From the NCBI GenBank assembly GCA_040954595.2, contig CM082576.2, forward strand, positions 19,515,028 to 19,579,027: 64,000 bases of DNA. The letters are read 5' to 3'. The notes under the pieces were generated by a model. It was not told where the DNA came from. It saw only the letters and a list, made by a program, of their open reading frames with translations, and searched no databases. The first letter of the stretch is position 1. Each line of letters begins with the position of its first letter. The translations under genes and the position numbers were made by a program. This DNA comes from Balanoglossus misakiensis (taxonomy: Eukaryota > Animalia > Hemichordata). This document shows, piece after piece, positions 14,201 through 29,200 of this stretch.

Positions 14201-17200
14201 TCGACTTTGCAAAATCTCAAAATTTCGTCGATTTTGAAAAAAAATAATGGTTGAAAATCATCAAAAAATGACAAATTTTCGACTTTGCAAAATCTCACAA
14301 TTTCGTCGATTTTTGAAAAAAATCATAGGTTCGTCGATTTTAAAAAAAAAACATGGGTGAAAATCATCAAAAAATGACAAATTTTCGACTTTGCAAAATC
14401 TCACAATTTCGTCGATTTTTGAAAAAAATCATGGGAGAAAATCATCAAAAAATGACAAATTTTCGACTTTGCAAAATCTCAACATTTCGTCGATTTTTGA
14501 AAAAAATCATGGGTGAAAATCATCAAAAAATTACAAATTTTCGACTTTGCAAAATCTCAACATTTCGTCGATTTTTGAAAAAAATCATGGGTGAAAATCA
14601 TCAAAAAATGACAAATTATCGACTTTGCAAAATCTCAAAATTTCGTCGATTTTGAAAAAAACCATTGGGGGAAAATCATCAAAAAATGACAAATTATCGA
14701 CTTTGCAAAATCTCACAATTTCGTCGATTTTTGAAAAAAATCATGGGTGAAAATCATCAAAAAATTACAAATTTTCGACTTTGCAAAATCTCAACATTTC
14801 GTCGATTTTTGATAAAAATCATGGGTGAAAATCATCAAAAAATGACAAATTTTCGACTATGCAAAATCTCAAAATTTCGTCGATTTTGAAAAAAATCATA
14901 GGTTCGTCGATTTTAAAAAAAAAACATGGGTGAAAATCATCAAAAAATGACAAATTTTCGACTTTGCAAAATCTCACAATTTCGTCGATTTTTGAAAAAA
15001 ATCATGGGAGAAAATCATCAAAAAATGTCATATTTTCGACTTTGCAAAATCTCAACATTTCGTCGATTTTTGAAAAAAATCATGGGTGAAAATCATCAAA
15101 AAATGACAAATTTTCGACTGTGCAAAATCTCAACATTTCGTCGATTTTGAAAAAAACCATTGGGGGAAAATCATCAAAAAATGACAAATTTTCGACTATG
15201 CAAAATCTCAAAATTTCGTCGATTTTGAAAAAAATCATAGGTTCGTCGATTTTAAAAAAAAAACATGGGTGAAAATCATCAAAAAATGACAAATTTTCGA
15301 CTTTGCAAAATCTCACAATTTCGTCGATTTTTGAAAAAAATCATGGGAGAAAATCATCAAAAAATGACATATTTTCGACTTTGCAAAATCTCAACATTTC
15401 GTCGATTTTTGAAAAAAATCATGGGTGAAAATCATCAAAAAATGACAAATTTTCGACTGTGCAAAATCTCAAAATTTCGTCAATTTTTGAAAAAAATCAG
15501 GGGTAAAAATCATCAAAAAATGACAAATTTTCTTCTTTGCTAAATCTCAAAATTTCGTCGGTTTTTGAAAAATAATATTGGTGAAAATCATCAAAAAATG
15601 ACAAATTTTCGACTTTGCAAAATCTCAAAATTTCGTCCATTTTTGAAAAAAAATCATGGGTAAAAATCATCAAAAAATGACAAATTTTCGTCTTTGCAAA
15701 ATCTCAAAATTTCGTCCATTTAAAAAAAAAAACATGGGGGAAAATCATCAAAAAATGACAAATTTTCGACTTTGCAAAATCTCAAAATTTCGTCGATTTT
15801 GAAAAAAAATAATGGTTGAAAATCATCAAAAAATGACAAATTTTCGACTTTGCAAAATCTCACAATTTCGTCGATTTTTGAAAAAAATCATAGGTTCGTC
15901 GATTTTAAAAAAAAAACATGGGTGAAAATCATCAAAAAATGACAAATTTTCGACTTTGCAAAATCTCACAATTTCGTCGATTTTTGAAAAAAATCATGGG
16001 AGAAAATCATCAAAAAATGACAAATTTTCGACTTTGCAAAATCTCAACATTTCGTCGATTTTTGAAAAAAATCATGGGTGAAAATCATCAAAAAATTACA
16101 AATTTTCGACTTTGCAAAATCTCAAAATTTCGTCGATTTTGAAAAAAACCATTGGGGGAAAATCATCAAAAAATGACAAATTATCGACTTTGCAAAATCT
16201 CACAATTTCGTCGATTTTTGAAAAAAATCATGGGTGAAAATCATCAAAAAATTACAAATTTTCGACTTTGCAAAATCTCAACATTTCGTCGATTTTTGAT
16301 AAAAATCATGGGTGAAAATCATCAAAAAATGACAAATTTTCGACTATGCAAAATCTCAAAATTTCGTCGATTTTGAAAAAAATCATAGGTTCGTCGATTT
16401 TAAAAAAAAAACATGGGTGAAAATCATCAAAAAATGACAAATTTTCGACTTTGCAAAATCTCACAATTTCGTCGATTTTTGAAAAAAATCATGGGAGAAA
16501 ATCATCAAAAAATGTCATATTTTCGACTTTGCAAAATCTCAACATTTCGTCGATTTTTGAAAAAAATCATGGGTGAAAATCATCAAAAAATGACAAATTT
16601 TCGACTGTGCAAAATCTCAAAATTTCGTCAATTTTTGAAAAAAATCAGGGGTAAAAATCATCAAAAAATGACAAATTTTCTTCTTTGCTAAATCTCAAAA
16701 TTTCGTCGGTTTTTGAAAAATAATATTGGTGAAAATCATCAAAAAATGACAAATTTTCGACTTTGCAAAATCTCAAAATTTCGTCCATTTTTGAAAAAAA
16801 ATCATGGGTAAAAATCATCAAAAAATGACAAATTTTCGTCTTTGCAAAATCTCAAAATTTCGTCCATTTAAATAAAAAAACATGGGGGAAAATCATCAAA
16901 AAATAACAAATTTTCGACTTTGCAAAATCTCAAAATTTCGTCGATTTTGAAAAAAAATAATGGTTGAAAATCATCAAAAAATGACAAATTTTCGACTTTG
17001 CAAAATCTCAAAATTTCGTCGATTTTTGAAAAAAAATCATGGGTGAAAATCATCAAAAAATGACAAATTTTCGTCTTTGCAAAATCTCAAAATTTCGTCC
17101 GTTTTTGAATAAAAATCATGGGTAAAAATCATCAAAAATGACAAATTTTCGTCTTTGCAAAATCTCAAATTTTCGTCGATTTTTGAAAAAAAATCATGGT

Positions 17201-20200
17201 TGAAAATCATCAAAAAATGACAAAATTTTCGACTTTGTAAAATCAAAAAATTTCGTCGATTTTGAAAAAAATCAAAGGTTCGTCGATTTTTAAAAAAAAA
17301 ACATGGGTGAAAATCATCAAAAAATGACAAATTTTCGACTTTGCAAAATCTCAAAATTTCGTCGATTTTTGAAAAAAAATCATGGGTGAAAATATCAAAA
17401 AATGACACATTTTCGATTATGCAAAATCTCAAAATTTCGTCGATTTTTGAAAAAAAATCATGGGTGAAAATCATCAAAAAATGACAAATTTTCGACTTTG
17501 CAAAATCTCAAAATTTCGTCGATTTTTGAAAAAAATCATGGGTGAAAATCATCAAAAAATGACAAATTTTCGACTTTGCAAAATCTCAAAATTTCGTCGA
17601 TTTTTGAAAAAAAATCATGGTGAAAATCATCAAAAAATGACAAATTTTCGACTTTGCAAAATCTCAAAATTTCGTCGATTTTTGAAAAAAAATCATGGTG
17701 AAAATCATCAAAAAATGACAAATTTTCGTCTTTGCAAAATCTCAAAATTTCGTCCATTTTTGAAAAAAAATAATGGTTGAAAATCATCAAAAAATGACAA
17801 ATGTTTGACTTTGCAAAATCTCAAAATTTCGTTCATTTTTAAAAAAAATCATGGGTGAAAATCATCAAAAAATGACAAATTTTCGATTATGCAAAATCTC
17901 AAAATTTCGTCGATTTTGAAAAAAATCATGGGTTCGTCGATTTTTAAAAAAAAACATTGGTGAAAATCATCAAAATATGACAAATTTTCGACTTTGCAAA
18001 ATCTCAAAATTTCGTCGATTTTTGAAAAAATCATGGGTGAAAATCATCAAAAAATGACAAATTTTCGACTTTGCAAAATCTCAAAATTTCGTCGATTTTT
18101 GAAAAAAAATCATGGTGAAAATCATCAAAAAATGACAAAATTTTCGACTTTGTAAAATCACAAAATTTCGTCGATTTTGAAAAAAATCATAGGTTCGTCG
18201 ATTTTTGAAAAATATCATGGGTGAAAATCATCAAAAAATTACAAATTTTCGACTTTGCAAAATCTCAACATTTCGTCGATTTTTGAAAAAAATCATGGGT
18301 GAAAATCATCAAAAAATGACAAATTTTCGACTTTGCAAAATCTCAAAATTACGTCGATTTTGAAAAAAATCATAGGTTCGTCGATTTAAAAAAAAAAACA
18401 TGGGTGAAAATCATCAAAAAATGACAAATTTTCGACTTTGCAAAATCTCACAATTTCGTCGATTTTTGAAAAAAATCATGGGAGAAAATCATCAAAAAAT
18501 GACAAATTTTCGACTTTGCAAAATCTCAACATTTCGTCGATTTTTGAAAAAAATCATGGGTGAAAATCATCAAAAAATGACAAATTTTCGACTTTGCAAA
18601 ATCTCAAAATTTCGTCGATTTTTGAAAAAAAATCATGGTGAAAATCATCAAAAAATGACAAATTTTCGACTTTGCAAAATCTCAAAATTTCGTCGATTTT
18701 TGAAAAAAAATCATGGTGAAAATCATCAAAAAATGACAAATTTTCGTCTTTGCAAAATCTCAAAATTTCGTCCATTTTTGAAAAAAAATAATGGTTGAAA
18801 ATCATCAAAAAATGACAAATTTTTGACTTTGCAAAATCTCAAAATTTCGTTCATTTTTAAAAAAAATCATGGGTGAAAATCATCAAAAAATGACAAATTT
18901 TCTATTATGCAAAATCTCAAAATTTCGTCGATTTTGAAAAAAATCATGGGTTCGTCGATTTTTAAAAAAAAACATTGGTGAAAATCATCAAAATATGACA
19001 AATTTTCGACTTTGCAAAATCTCAAAATTTCGTCGATTTTTGAAAAAATCATGGGTGAAAATCATCAAAAAATGACAAATTTTCGACTTTGCAAAATCTC
19101 AAAATTTCGTCGATTTTTGAAAAAAAATCATGGTGAAAATCATCAAAAAATGACAAAATTTTCGACTTTGTAAAATCACAAAATTTCGTCGATTTAAAAA
19201 AAAAAACATGGGTGAAAATCATCAAAAAATGACAAATTTTCGACTTTGCAAAATCTCACAATTTCGTCGATTTTTGAAAAAAATCATGGGAGAAAATCAT
19301 CAAAAAATGACAAATTTTCGACTTTGCAAAATCTCAACATTTCGTCGATTTTTGAAAAAAATCATGGGTGAAAATCATCAAAAAATGACAAATTTTCGAC
19401 TTTGCAAAATCTCAACATTTCGTCGATTTTGAAAAAAAACCATTGGGGGAAAATCATCAAAAAATTACAAATTTTCGACTTTGCAAAATCTCAACATTTC
19501 GTCGATTTTTGAAAAAAATCATGGGTGAAAATCATCAAAAAATGACAAATTTTCCACTTTGCAAAATTTCAAAATTTCGTCAATTTTTGAAAAAAATCAG
19601 GGGTAAAAATCATCAAAAAATGACAAATTTTCGTCTTTGCTAAATCTCAAAATTTCGTCGGTTTTTGAAAAATAATATTGGTGAAAATCATCAAAAAATG
19701 ACAAATTTTCGACTTTGCAAAATCTCAAAATTTCGTCGATTTTTGAAAAAAAATCATCGGTGAAAATCATCAAAAAATGACAAATTTTCGTCTTTGCAAA
19801 ATCTCAAAATTTCGTCCATGTTTGAATAAAAATCATGGGTAAAAATCATCAAAAATGACAAATTTTCGTCTTTGCAAAATCTCAAATTTTCGTCGATTTT
19901 TGAAAAAAAATCATGGTTGAAAATCATCAAAAAATGACAAAAATTTCGACTTTGTAAAATCAAAAAATTTCGTCGATTTTGAAAAAAATCATAGGTTCGT
20001 CGATTTTAAAAAAAAAAACATGGGTGAAAATCATCAAAAAATGACAAATTTTCGACTTTGCAAAATCTCAAAATTTCGTCGATTTTTGAAAAAAAATCAT
20101 GGGTGAAAATTATCAAAAAATGACACATTTTCGATTATGCAAAATCTCAACATTTCGTAGATTTTGAAAAAAATCATAGGTTCGTCGATTTAAAAAAAAA

Positions 20201-23200
20201 ACATGGGTGAAAATCATCAAAAAATGACAAATTTTCCACTTTGCAAAATTTCAAAATTTCGTCAATTTTTGAAAAAAATCAGGGGTAAAAATCATCAAAA
20301 AATGACAAATTTTCGTCTTTGCTAAATCTCAACATTTCGTCGATTTTTGAAAAAAATCATGGGTGAAAATCATCAAAAAATGACAAATTTTCCACTTTGC
20401 AAAATTTCAAAATTTCGTCAATTTTTGAAAAAAATCAGGGGTAAAAATCATCAAAAAATGACAAATTTTCGTCTTTGCTAAATCTCAAAATTTCGTCGGT
20501 TTTTGAAAAATAATATTGGTGAAAATCATCAAAAAATGACAAATTTTCGACTTTGCAAAATCTCAAAATTTCGTCGATTTTTGAAAAAAAATCATCGGTG
20601 AAAATCATCAAAAAATGACAAATTTTCGTCTTTGCAAAATCTCAAAATTTCGTCCATGTTTGAATAAAAATCATGGGTAAAAATCATCAAAAATGACAAA
20701 TTTTCGTCTTTGCAAAATCTCAAATTTTCGTCGATTTTTGAAAAAAAATCATGGTTGAAAATCATCAAAAAATGACAAAATTTTCGACATGGTAAAAAAA
20801 AAAAATTTCGTCGATTTTGAAAAAAATCATAGGTTCGTCGATTTTAAAAAAAAAAACATGGGTGAAAATCATCAAAAAATGACAAATTTTCGACTTTGCA
20901 AAATCTCAAAATTTCGTCGATTTTTGAAAAAAAATCATGGGTGAAAATTATCAAAAAATGACACATTTTCGATTATGCAAAATCTCAACATTTCGTAGAT
21001 TTTGAAAAAAATCATAGGTTCGTCGATTTAAAAAAAAAACATGGGTGAAAATCATCAAAAAATGACAAATTTTCGACTTTGCAAAATCTTACAATTTCGT
21101 CGATTTTTGAAAAAAATCATGGGAGAAAATCATCAAAAAATGACAAATTTTCGACTTTGCAAAATCTCAACATTTCGTCGATTTTTGAAAAAAATCATGG
21201 GTGAAAATCATCAAAAAATGACAAATTTTCGACTTTGCAAAATCTCAACATTTCGTCGATTTTGAAAAAAACCATTGGGGGAAAATCATCAAAAAATGAC
21301 AAATTTTCGAGTTTGCAAAATCTCAAAATTTCGTCGATTTTGAAAAAAACAATTGGGGGAAAATCATCAAAAAATTACAAATTTTCGACTTTGCAAAATC
21401 TCAACATTTCGTCGATTTTTGAAAAAAATCATGGGTGAAAATCATCAAAAAATGACAAATTTTCGACTTTGCAAAATCTCAAAATTTCGTCGATTTTGAA
21501 AAAAATCATAGGTTCGTCGATTTAAAAAAAAAAACATGGGTGAAAATCATCAAAAAATGACAAATTTTCGACTTTGCAAAATCTCACAATTTCGTCGATT
21601 TTTGAAAAAAATCATGGGAGAAAATCATCAAAAAATGACAAATTTTCGACTTTGCAAAATCTCAACATTTCGTCGATTTTTGAAAAAAATCATGGGTGAA
21701 AATCATCAAAAAATGACAAATTTTCGACTGTGCAAAATCTCAAAATTTCGTCGATTTTAGAAAAAAAATCATGGTTGAAAATCATCAAAAAATGACAAAA
21801 TTTTCGACTTTGCAAAATCACACAATTTCGTCGATTTTGAAAAAAATCATAGGTTCGTCGATTTTTAAAAAAAAAACATGAGTGAAAATCATCAAAAAAT
21901 GACAAATTTTCGACTTTGCAAAATCTTAAAATTTCGTCGATTTTTGAAAAAAAATCATGGGTGAAAATCATCAAAAAATGACACATTTTCGACTTTGCAA
22001 AATCTCAACATTTCGTCGATTTTTGAAAAAAATCATGGGTGAAAATCATCAAAAAATGACAAATTTTCGACTGTGCAAAATCTCAAAATTTCGTCGATTT
22101 TAGAAAAAAAATCATGGTTGAAAATCATCAAAAAATGACAAAATTTTCGACTTTGCAAAATCACACAATTTCGTCGATTTTGAAAAAAATCATAGGTTCG
22201 TCGATTTTTAAAAAAAAAACATGAGTGAAAATCATCAAAAAATGACAAATTTTCGACTTTGCAAAATCTTAAAATTTCGTCGATTTTTGAAAAAAAATCA
22301 TGGGTGAAAATCATCAAAAAATGACACATTTTCGACTTTGCAAAATCTAAAAATTTCGTCGATTTTTGAAAAAAAATCATGGGTAAAAATCATCAAAAAA
22401 TGACAAATTTTCGACTTTGCAAAATCTCAAAATTTCGTCGATTTTGAAAAAAACCATTGGGGGAAAATCATCAAAAAATGACAAATTATCGACTTTGCAA
22501 AATCTCAAAATTTCGTCCATTTTAAAAAAAAAACATGGGGGAAAATCATCAAAAAATGACAAATTTTCGACTTTGCAAAATCTCAACATTTCGTCGATTT
22601 TTGAAAAAAATCATGGGTGAAAATCATCAAAAAATGACAAATTTTCGACTTTGCAAAATCTCAAAATTTCGTCGATTTTGAAAAAAATCATAGGTTCGTC
22701 GATTTAAAAAAAAAAACGGGTGAAAATCATCAAAAAATGACAAATTTTCGACTTTGCAAAATCTCACAATTTCCTCGATTTTTGAAAAAAATCAATGGAG
22801 AAAATCATCAAAAATGACAAATTTTCGTCTTTGCAAAATCTCAAAATTTCGTCCATTTTTGAATAAAAATCATGGGTAAAAATCATCAAAAATGACAAAT
22901 TTTCGTCTTTGCAAAATCTCAAATTTTCGTCGATTTTTGAAAAAAAAATCATGGGTGAAAATCATCAAAAAATGACAAATTTTCGTCTTTGCAAAATCTC
23001 AAAATTTCGTCCATTTTTGAATAAAAATCATGGGTAAAAATCATCAAAAATGACAAATTTTCGTCTTTGCAAAATCTCAAATTTTCGTCGATTTTTGAAA
23101 AAAAATCATGGTTGAAAATCATCAAAAAATGACAAAATTTTCGACTTTGTAAAATCACAAAATTTCGTCGATTTTGAAAAAAATCATAGGTTCGTCGATT

Positions 23201-26200
23201 TTTAAAAAAAAAACATGGGTGAAAATCATCAAAAAATGACAAATTTTCGACTTTGCAAAATCTCAAAATTTCGTCGATTTTTGAAAAAAAATCGTGGGTA
23301 AAAATCATCAAAAAATGACACATTTTCGATTATGCAAAATCTCAAAATTTCGTCGATTTTTGAAAAAAAATCATGGGTGAAAATCATGAAAAAATGACAC
23401 ATTTTCGACTTTGAAAAATCTAAAAATTTCGTCGATTTTTGAAAAAAAATCATGTGTAAAAATCATCAAAAATGACAAATTTTCGTCTTTGCAAAATCTT
23501 AAAATTTCGTCAATTTTTGAAAAAATCATGGGTAAAAATCATCAATAAAATGACAAATTTTCGACTTTGCAAAATCTCAAAATTTCGTCGATTTTTGAAA
23601 AATAATATGGGTGAAAATCATCAAAAAATGACAAATTTTCGACTTTGCAAAATCTCACAATTTCGTCGATTTTTGAAAAAAATCATGGGTGAAAATCATC
23701 AAAAAATGACACATTTTCGACTTTGCAAAATCTCAACATTTCGTCGATTTTTGAAAAAAAATCATGGTGAAAATCATCAAAAAATGACAAATTTTCGTCT
23801 TTGCAAAATCTCAAAATTTCGTCGATTTTTGAAAAAAATCATGGGTGAAAATCATCAAAAAATGACAAATTTTCGACTTTGCAAAATCTCAAAATTTCGT
23901 CAATTTTTGAAAAAATCATGGGTGAAAATCATCAAAAAATGACAAATTTTCGTCTATGCAAAATCTCAAAATTTCGTCGGTTTTTGAAAAATAATATGGT
24001 TGAAAATCATCAAAAAATGACAAAATTATCGACTTTGCAAAATCTCACAATTTCGTCGATTTTTGAAAAAAATCATGGGTGAAAATCATCAAAAAATTAC
24101 AAATTTTCGACTTTGCAAAATCTCAACATTTCGTCGATTTTTGAAAAAAATCATGGGTGAAAATCATCAAAAAATTACAAATTTTCGACTTTGCAAAATC
24201 TCAAAATTTCGTCGATTTTGAAAAAAATCATAGGTTCGTCGATTTAAAAAAAAAAACATGGGTGAAAATCATCAAAAAATGACAAATTTTCGACTTTGCA
24301 AAATCTCACAATTTCGTCGATTTTTGAAAAAAATCATGGGAGAAAATCATCAAAAAATGACAAATTTTCGACTTTGCAAAATCTCAACATTTCGTCGATT
24401 TTTGAAAAAAATCATGGGTGAAAATCATCAAAAAATGACAAATTTTCGACTTTGCAAAATCTCAACATTTCGTCGATTTTGAAAAAAACCATTGGGGGAA
24501 AATCATCAAAAAATGACAAATTTTCGAGTTTGCAAAATCTCAAAATTTCGTCGATTTTGAAAAAAACCATTGGGGGAAAATCATCAAAAAATTACAAATT
24601 TTCGACTTTGCAAAATCTCAACATTTCGTCGATTTTTGAGAAAAAATCATGGGTGAAAATCATCAAAAAATGACAAATTTTCGACTTTGCAAAATCTCAA
24701 AATTTCGTCGATTTTGAAAAAAATCATAGGTTCGTTAATTTAAAAAAAAAACATGGGTGAAAATCATCAAAAAATGACAAATTTTCGACTTTGCAAAATC
24801 TCACCATTTCGTCGATTTTTGAAAAAAATCATGGGTGAAAATCATCAAAAAATGACAAATTTTCGACTGTGCAAAATCTCAAAATTTCGTCGATTTTAGA
24901 AAAAAAATCATGGTTGAAAATCATCAAAAAATGACAAAATTTTCGACTTTGCAAAATCACACAATTTCGTCGATTTTGAAAAAAATTATAGGTTCGTCGA
25001 TTTTTAAAAAAAAAACATGGGTGAAAATCATCAAAAAATGACAAATTTTCGACTTTGCAAAATCTTAAAATTTCGTCGATTTTTGAAAAAAAATCATGGG
25101 TGAAAATCATCAAAAAATGACACATTTTCGACTTTGCAAAATCTCAAAATTTCGTCAATTTTGAAAAAAACCATTGGGGGAAAATCATCAAAAAATGACA
25201 AATTATCGACTTTGCAAAATCTCAAAATTTCGTCCATTTTAAAAAAAAAAACATGGGTGAAAATCATCAAAAAATGACAAATTTTCGACTTTGCAAAATC
25301 TCAAAATTTCGTCGATTTTTGAAAAAAAATCGTGGGTAAAAATCATCAAAAAATGACACATTTTCGATTATGCAAAATCTCAAAATTTCGTCGATTTTTG
25401 AAAAAAAATCATGGGTGAAAATCATGAAAAAATGACACATTTTCGACTTTGAAAAATCTAAAAATTTCGTCGATTTTTGAAAAAAAATCATGTGTAAAAA
25501 TCATCAAAAATGACAAATTTTCGTCTTTGCAAAATCTTAAAATTTCGTCAATTTTTGAAAAAATCATGGGTAAAAATCATCAATAAAATGACAAATTTTC
25601 GACTTTGCTAAATCTCAAAATTTCGTCGGTTTTTGAAAAAAATCATGGGTGAAAATCATCAAAAAATGACAAATTTTCGACTTTGCAAAATCTCAAAATT
25701 TCGTCCATTTTTGAAAAAAAATCATGGGTAAAAATCATCAAAAAATGACAAATTTTCGTCTTTGCAAAATCTCAAAATTTCGTCCATTTAAAAAAAAAAC
25801 ATGGGGGAAAATCATCAAAAAATGACAAATTTTCGACTTTGCAAAATCTCAAAATTTCGTCGATTTTGAAAAAAAATAATGGTTGAAAATCATCAAAAAA
25901 TGACAAATTTTCGTCTTTGCAAAATCTCAAAATTTCGTCCATTTTTGAATAAAAATCATGGGTAAAAATCATCAAAAATGACAAATTTTCGTCTTTGCAA
26001 AATCTCAAATTTTCGTCGATTTTTGAAAAAAAATCATGGTTGAAAATCATCAAAAAATGACAAAATTTTCGACTTTGTAAAATCTCAAAATTTCGTCGAT
26101 TTTTGAAAAAAAATCATGGGTGAAAATCATCAAAAAATGACAAATTTTCGTCTTTGCAAAATCTCAAAATTTCGTCCATTTTTGAAAAAAAATAATGGTT

Positions 26201-29200
26201 GAAAATCATCAAAAAATGACAAATTTTTGACTTTGCAAAATCTCAAAATTTCGTTCATTTTTAAAAAAAATCATGGGTGAAAATCATCAAAAAATGACAA
26301 ATTTTCGATTATGCAAAATCTCAACATTTCGTCGATTTTTAAAAAAAAACATTGGTGAAAATCATCAAAATATGACAAATTTTCGACTTTGCAAAATCTC
26401 AAAATTTCGTCGATTTTTGAAAAAATCATGGGTGAAAATCATCAAAAAATGACAAATTTTCGACTTTGCAAAATCTCAAAATTTCGTCGATTTTTGAAAA
26501 AAAATCATGGTGAAAATCATCAAAAAATGACAAAATTTTCGACTTTGTAAAATCACAAAATTTCGTCGATTTTGAAAAAAATCATAGGTTCGTCGATTTT
26601 TGAAAAAAATCATGGGTGAAAATCATCAAAAAATTACAAATTTACGACTTTGCAAAATCTCAACATTTCGTCGATTTTTGAAAAAAATCATGGGTGAAAA
26701 TCATCAAAAAATGACAAATTTTCGACTTTGCAAAATCTCAAAATTACGTCGATTTTGAAAAAAATCATAGGTTCGTCGATTTAAAAAAAAAAACATGGGT
26801 GAAAATCATCAAAAAATGACAAATTTTCGACTTTGCAAAATCTCACAATTTCGTCGATTTTTGAAAAAAATCACGGGAGAAAATCATCAAAAAATGACAA
26901 ATTTTCGACTTTGCAAAATCTCAACATTTCGTCGATTTTTGAAAAAAATCATGGGTGAAAATCATCAAAAAATGACAAATTTTCGACTTTGCAAAATCTC
27001 AACATTTCGTCGATTTTGAAAAAAACCATTGGGGGAAAATCATCAAAAAATGACAAATTTTCGAGTTTGCAAAATCTCAAAATTTCGTCGATTTTGAAAA
27101 AAAACCATTGGGGGAAAATCATCAAAAAATTACAAATTTTCGACTTTGCAAAATCTCAACATTTCGTCGATTTTTGAAAAAAATCATGGGTGAAAATCAT
27201 CAAAAAATGACAAATTTTCCACTTTGCAAAATTTCAAAATTTCGTCAATTTTTGAAAAAAATCAGGGGTAAAAATCATCAAAAAATGACAAATTTTCGTC
27301 TTTGCTAAATCTCAAAATTTCGTCGGTTTTTGAAAAATAATATTGGTGAAAATCATCAAAAAATGACAAATTTTCGACTTTGCAAAATCTCAAAATTTCG
27401 TCGATTTTTGAAAAAAAATCATCGGTGAAAATCATCAAAAAATGACAAATTTTCGTCTTTGCAAAATCTCAAAATTTCGTCCATGTTTGAATAAAAATCA
27501 TGGGTAAAAATCATCAAAAATGACAAATTTTCGTCTTTGCAAAATCTCAAATTTTCGTCGATTTTTGAAAAAAAATCATGGTTGAAAATCATCAAAAAAT
27601 GACAAAATTTTCGACTTTGTAAAATCAAAAAATTTCGTCGATTTTGAAAAAAATCATAGGTTCGTCGATTTTAAAAAAAAAAACATGGGTGAAAATCATC
27701 AAAAAATGACAAATTTTCGACTTTGCAAAATCTCAAAATTTCGTCGATTTTTGAAAAAAAATCATGGGTGAAAATTATCAAAAAATGACACATTTTCGAC
27801 TTTGCAAAATCTTACAATTTCGTCGATTTTTAAAAACAAATCATGGGAGAAAATCATCAAAAAATGACAAATTTTCGACTTTGCAAAATCTCAACATTTC
27901 GTCGATTTTTGAAAAAAATCATGGGTGAAAATCATCAAAAAATGACAAATTTTCGACTTTGCAAAATCTCAAAATTTCGTCGATTTTTGAAAAAAAATCA
28001 TGGGTGAAAATTATCAAAAAATGACACATTTTCGACTTTGCAAAATCTTACAATTTCGTCGATTTTTAAAAAAAAATCATGGGAGAAAATCATCAAAAAA
28101 TGACAAATTTTCGACTTTGCAAAATCTCAACATTTCGTCGATTTTTGAAAAAAATCATGGGTGAAAATCATCAAAAAATGACAAATTTTCGACTTTGCAA
28201 AATCTCAACATTTCGTCGATTTTGAAAAAAACCATTGGGGGAAAATCATCAAAAAATGACAAATTTTCGAGTTTGCAAAATCTCAAAATTTCGTCGATTT
28301 TGAAAAAAACCATTGGGGGAAAATCATCAAAAAATTACAAATTTTCGACTTTGCAAAATCTCAACATTTCGTCGATTTTTGAAAAAAATCATGGGTGAAA
28401 ATCATCAAAAAATGACAAATTTTCGACTTTGCAAAATCTCAAAATTTCGTCGATTTTGAAAAAAATCATAGGTTCGTCGATTTAAAAAAAAAAACATGGG
28501 TGAAAATCATCAAAAAATGACAAAATTTTCGACTTTGCAAAATCACACAATTTCGTCGATTTTGAAAAAAATCATAGGTTCGTCGATTTTTAAAAAAAAA
28601 ACATGAGTGAAAATCATCAAAAAATGACAAATTTTCGACTTTGCAAAATCTTAAAATTTCGTCGATTTTTGAAAAAAAATCATGGGTGAAAATCATCAAA
28701 AAATGACACATTTTCGACTTTGCAAAATCTAAAAATTTCGTCGATTTTTGAAAAAAAATCATGGGTAAAAATCATCAAAAAATGACAAATTTTCGACTTT
28801 GCAAAATCTCACAATTTCGTCGATTTTTGAAAAAAATCATGGGAGAAAATCATCAAAAAATGACAAATTTTCGACTTTGCAAAATCTCAAAATTTCGTCG
28901 ATTTTTGAAAAAAAATCATCGGTGAAAATCATCAAAAAATGACAAATTTTCGTCTTTGCAAAATCTCAAAATTTCGTCCATGTTTGAATAAAAATCATGG
29001 GTAAAAATCATCAAAAATGACAAATTTTCGTCTTTGCAAAATCTCAAATTTTCGTCGATTTTTGAAAAAAAATCATGGTTGAAAATCATCAAAAAATGAC
29101 AAAATTTTCGACTTTGTAAAATCAAAAAATTTCGTCGATTTTGAAAAAAATCATAGGTTCGTCGATTTTAAAAAAAAAAACATGGGTGAAAATCATCAAA

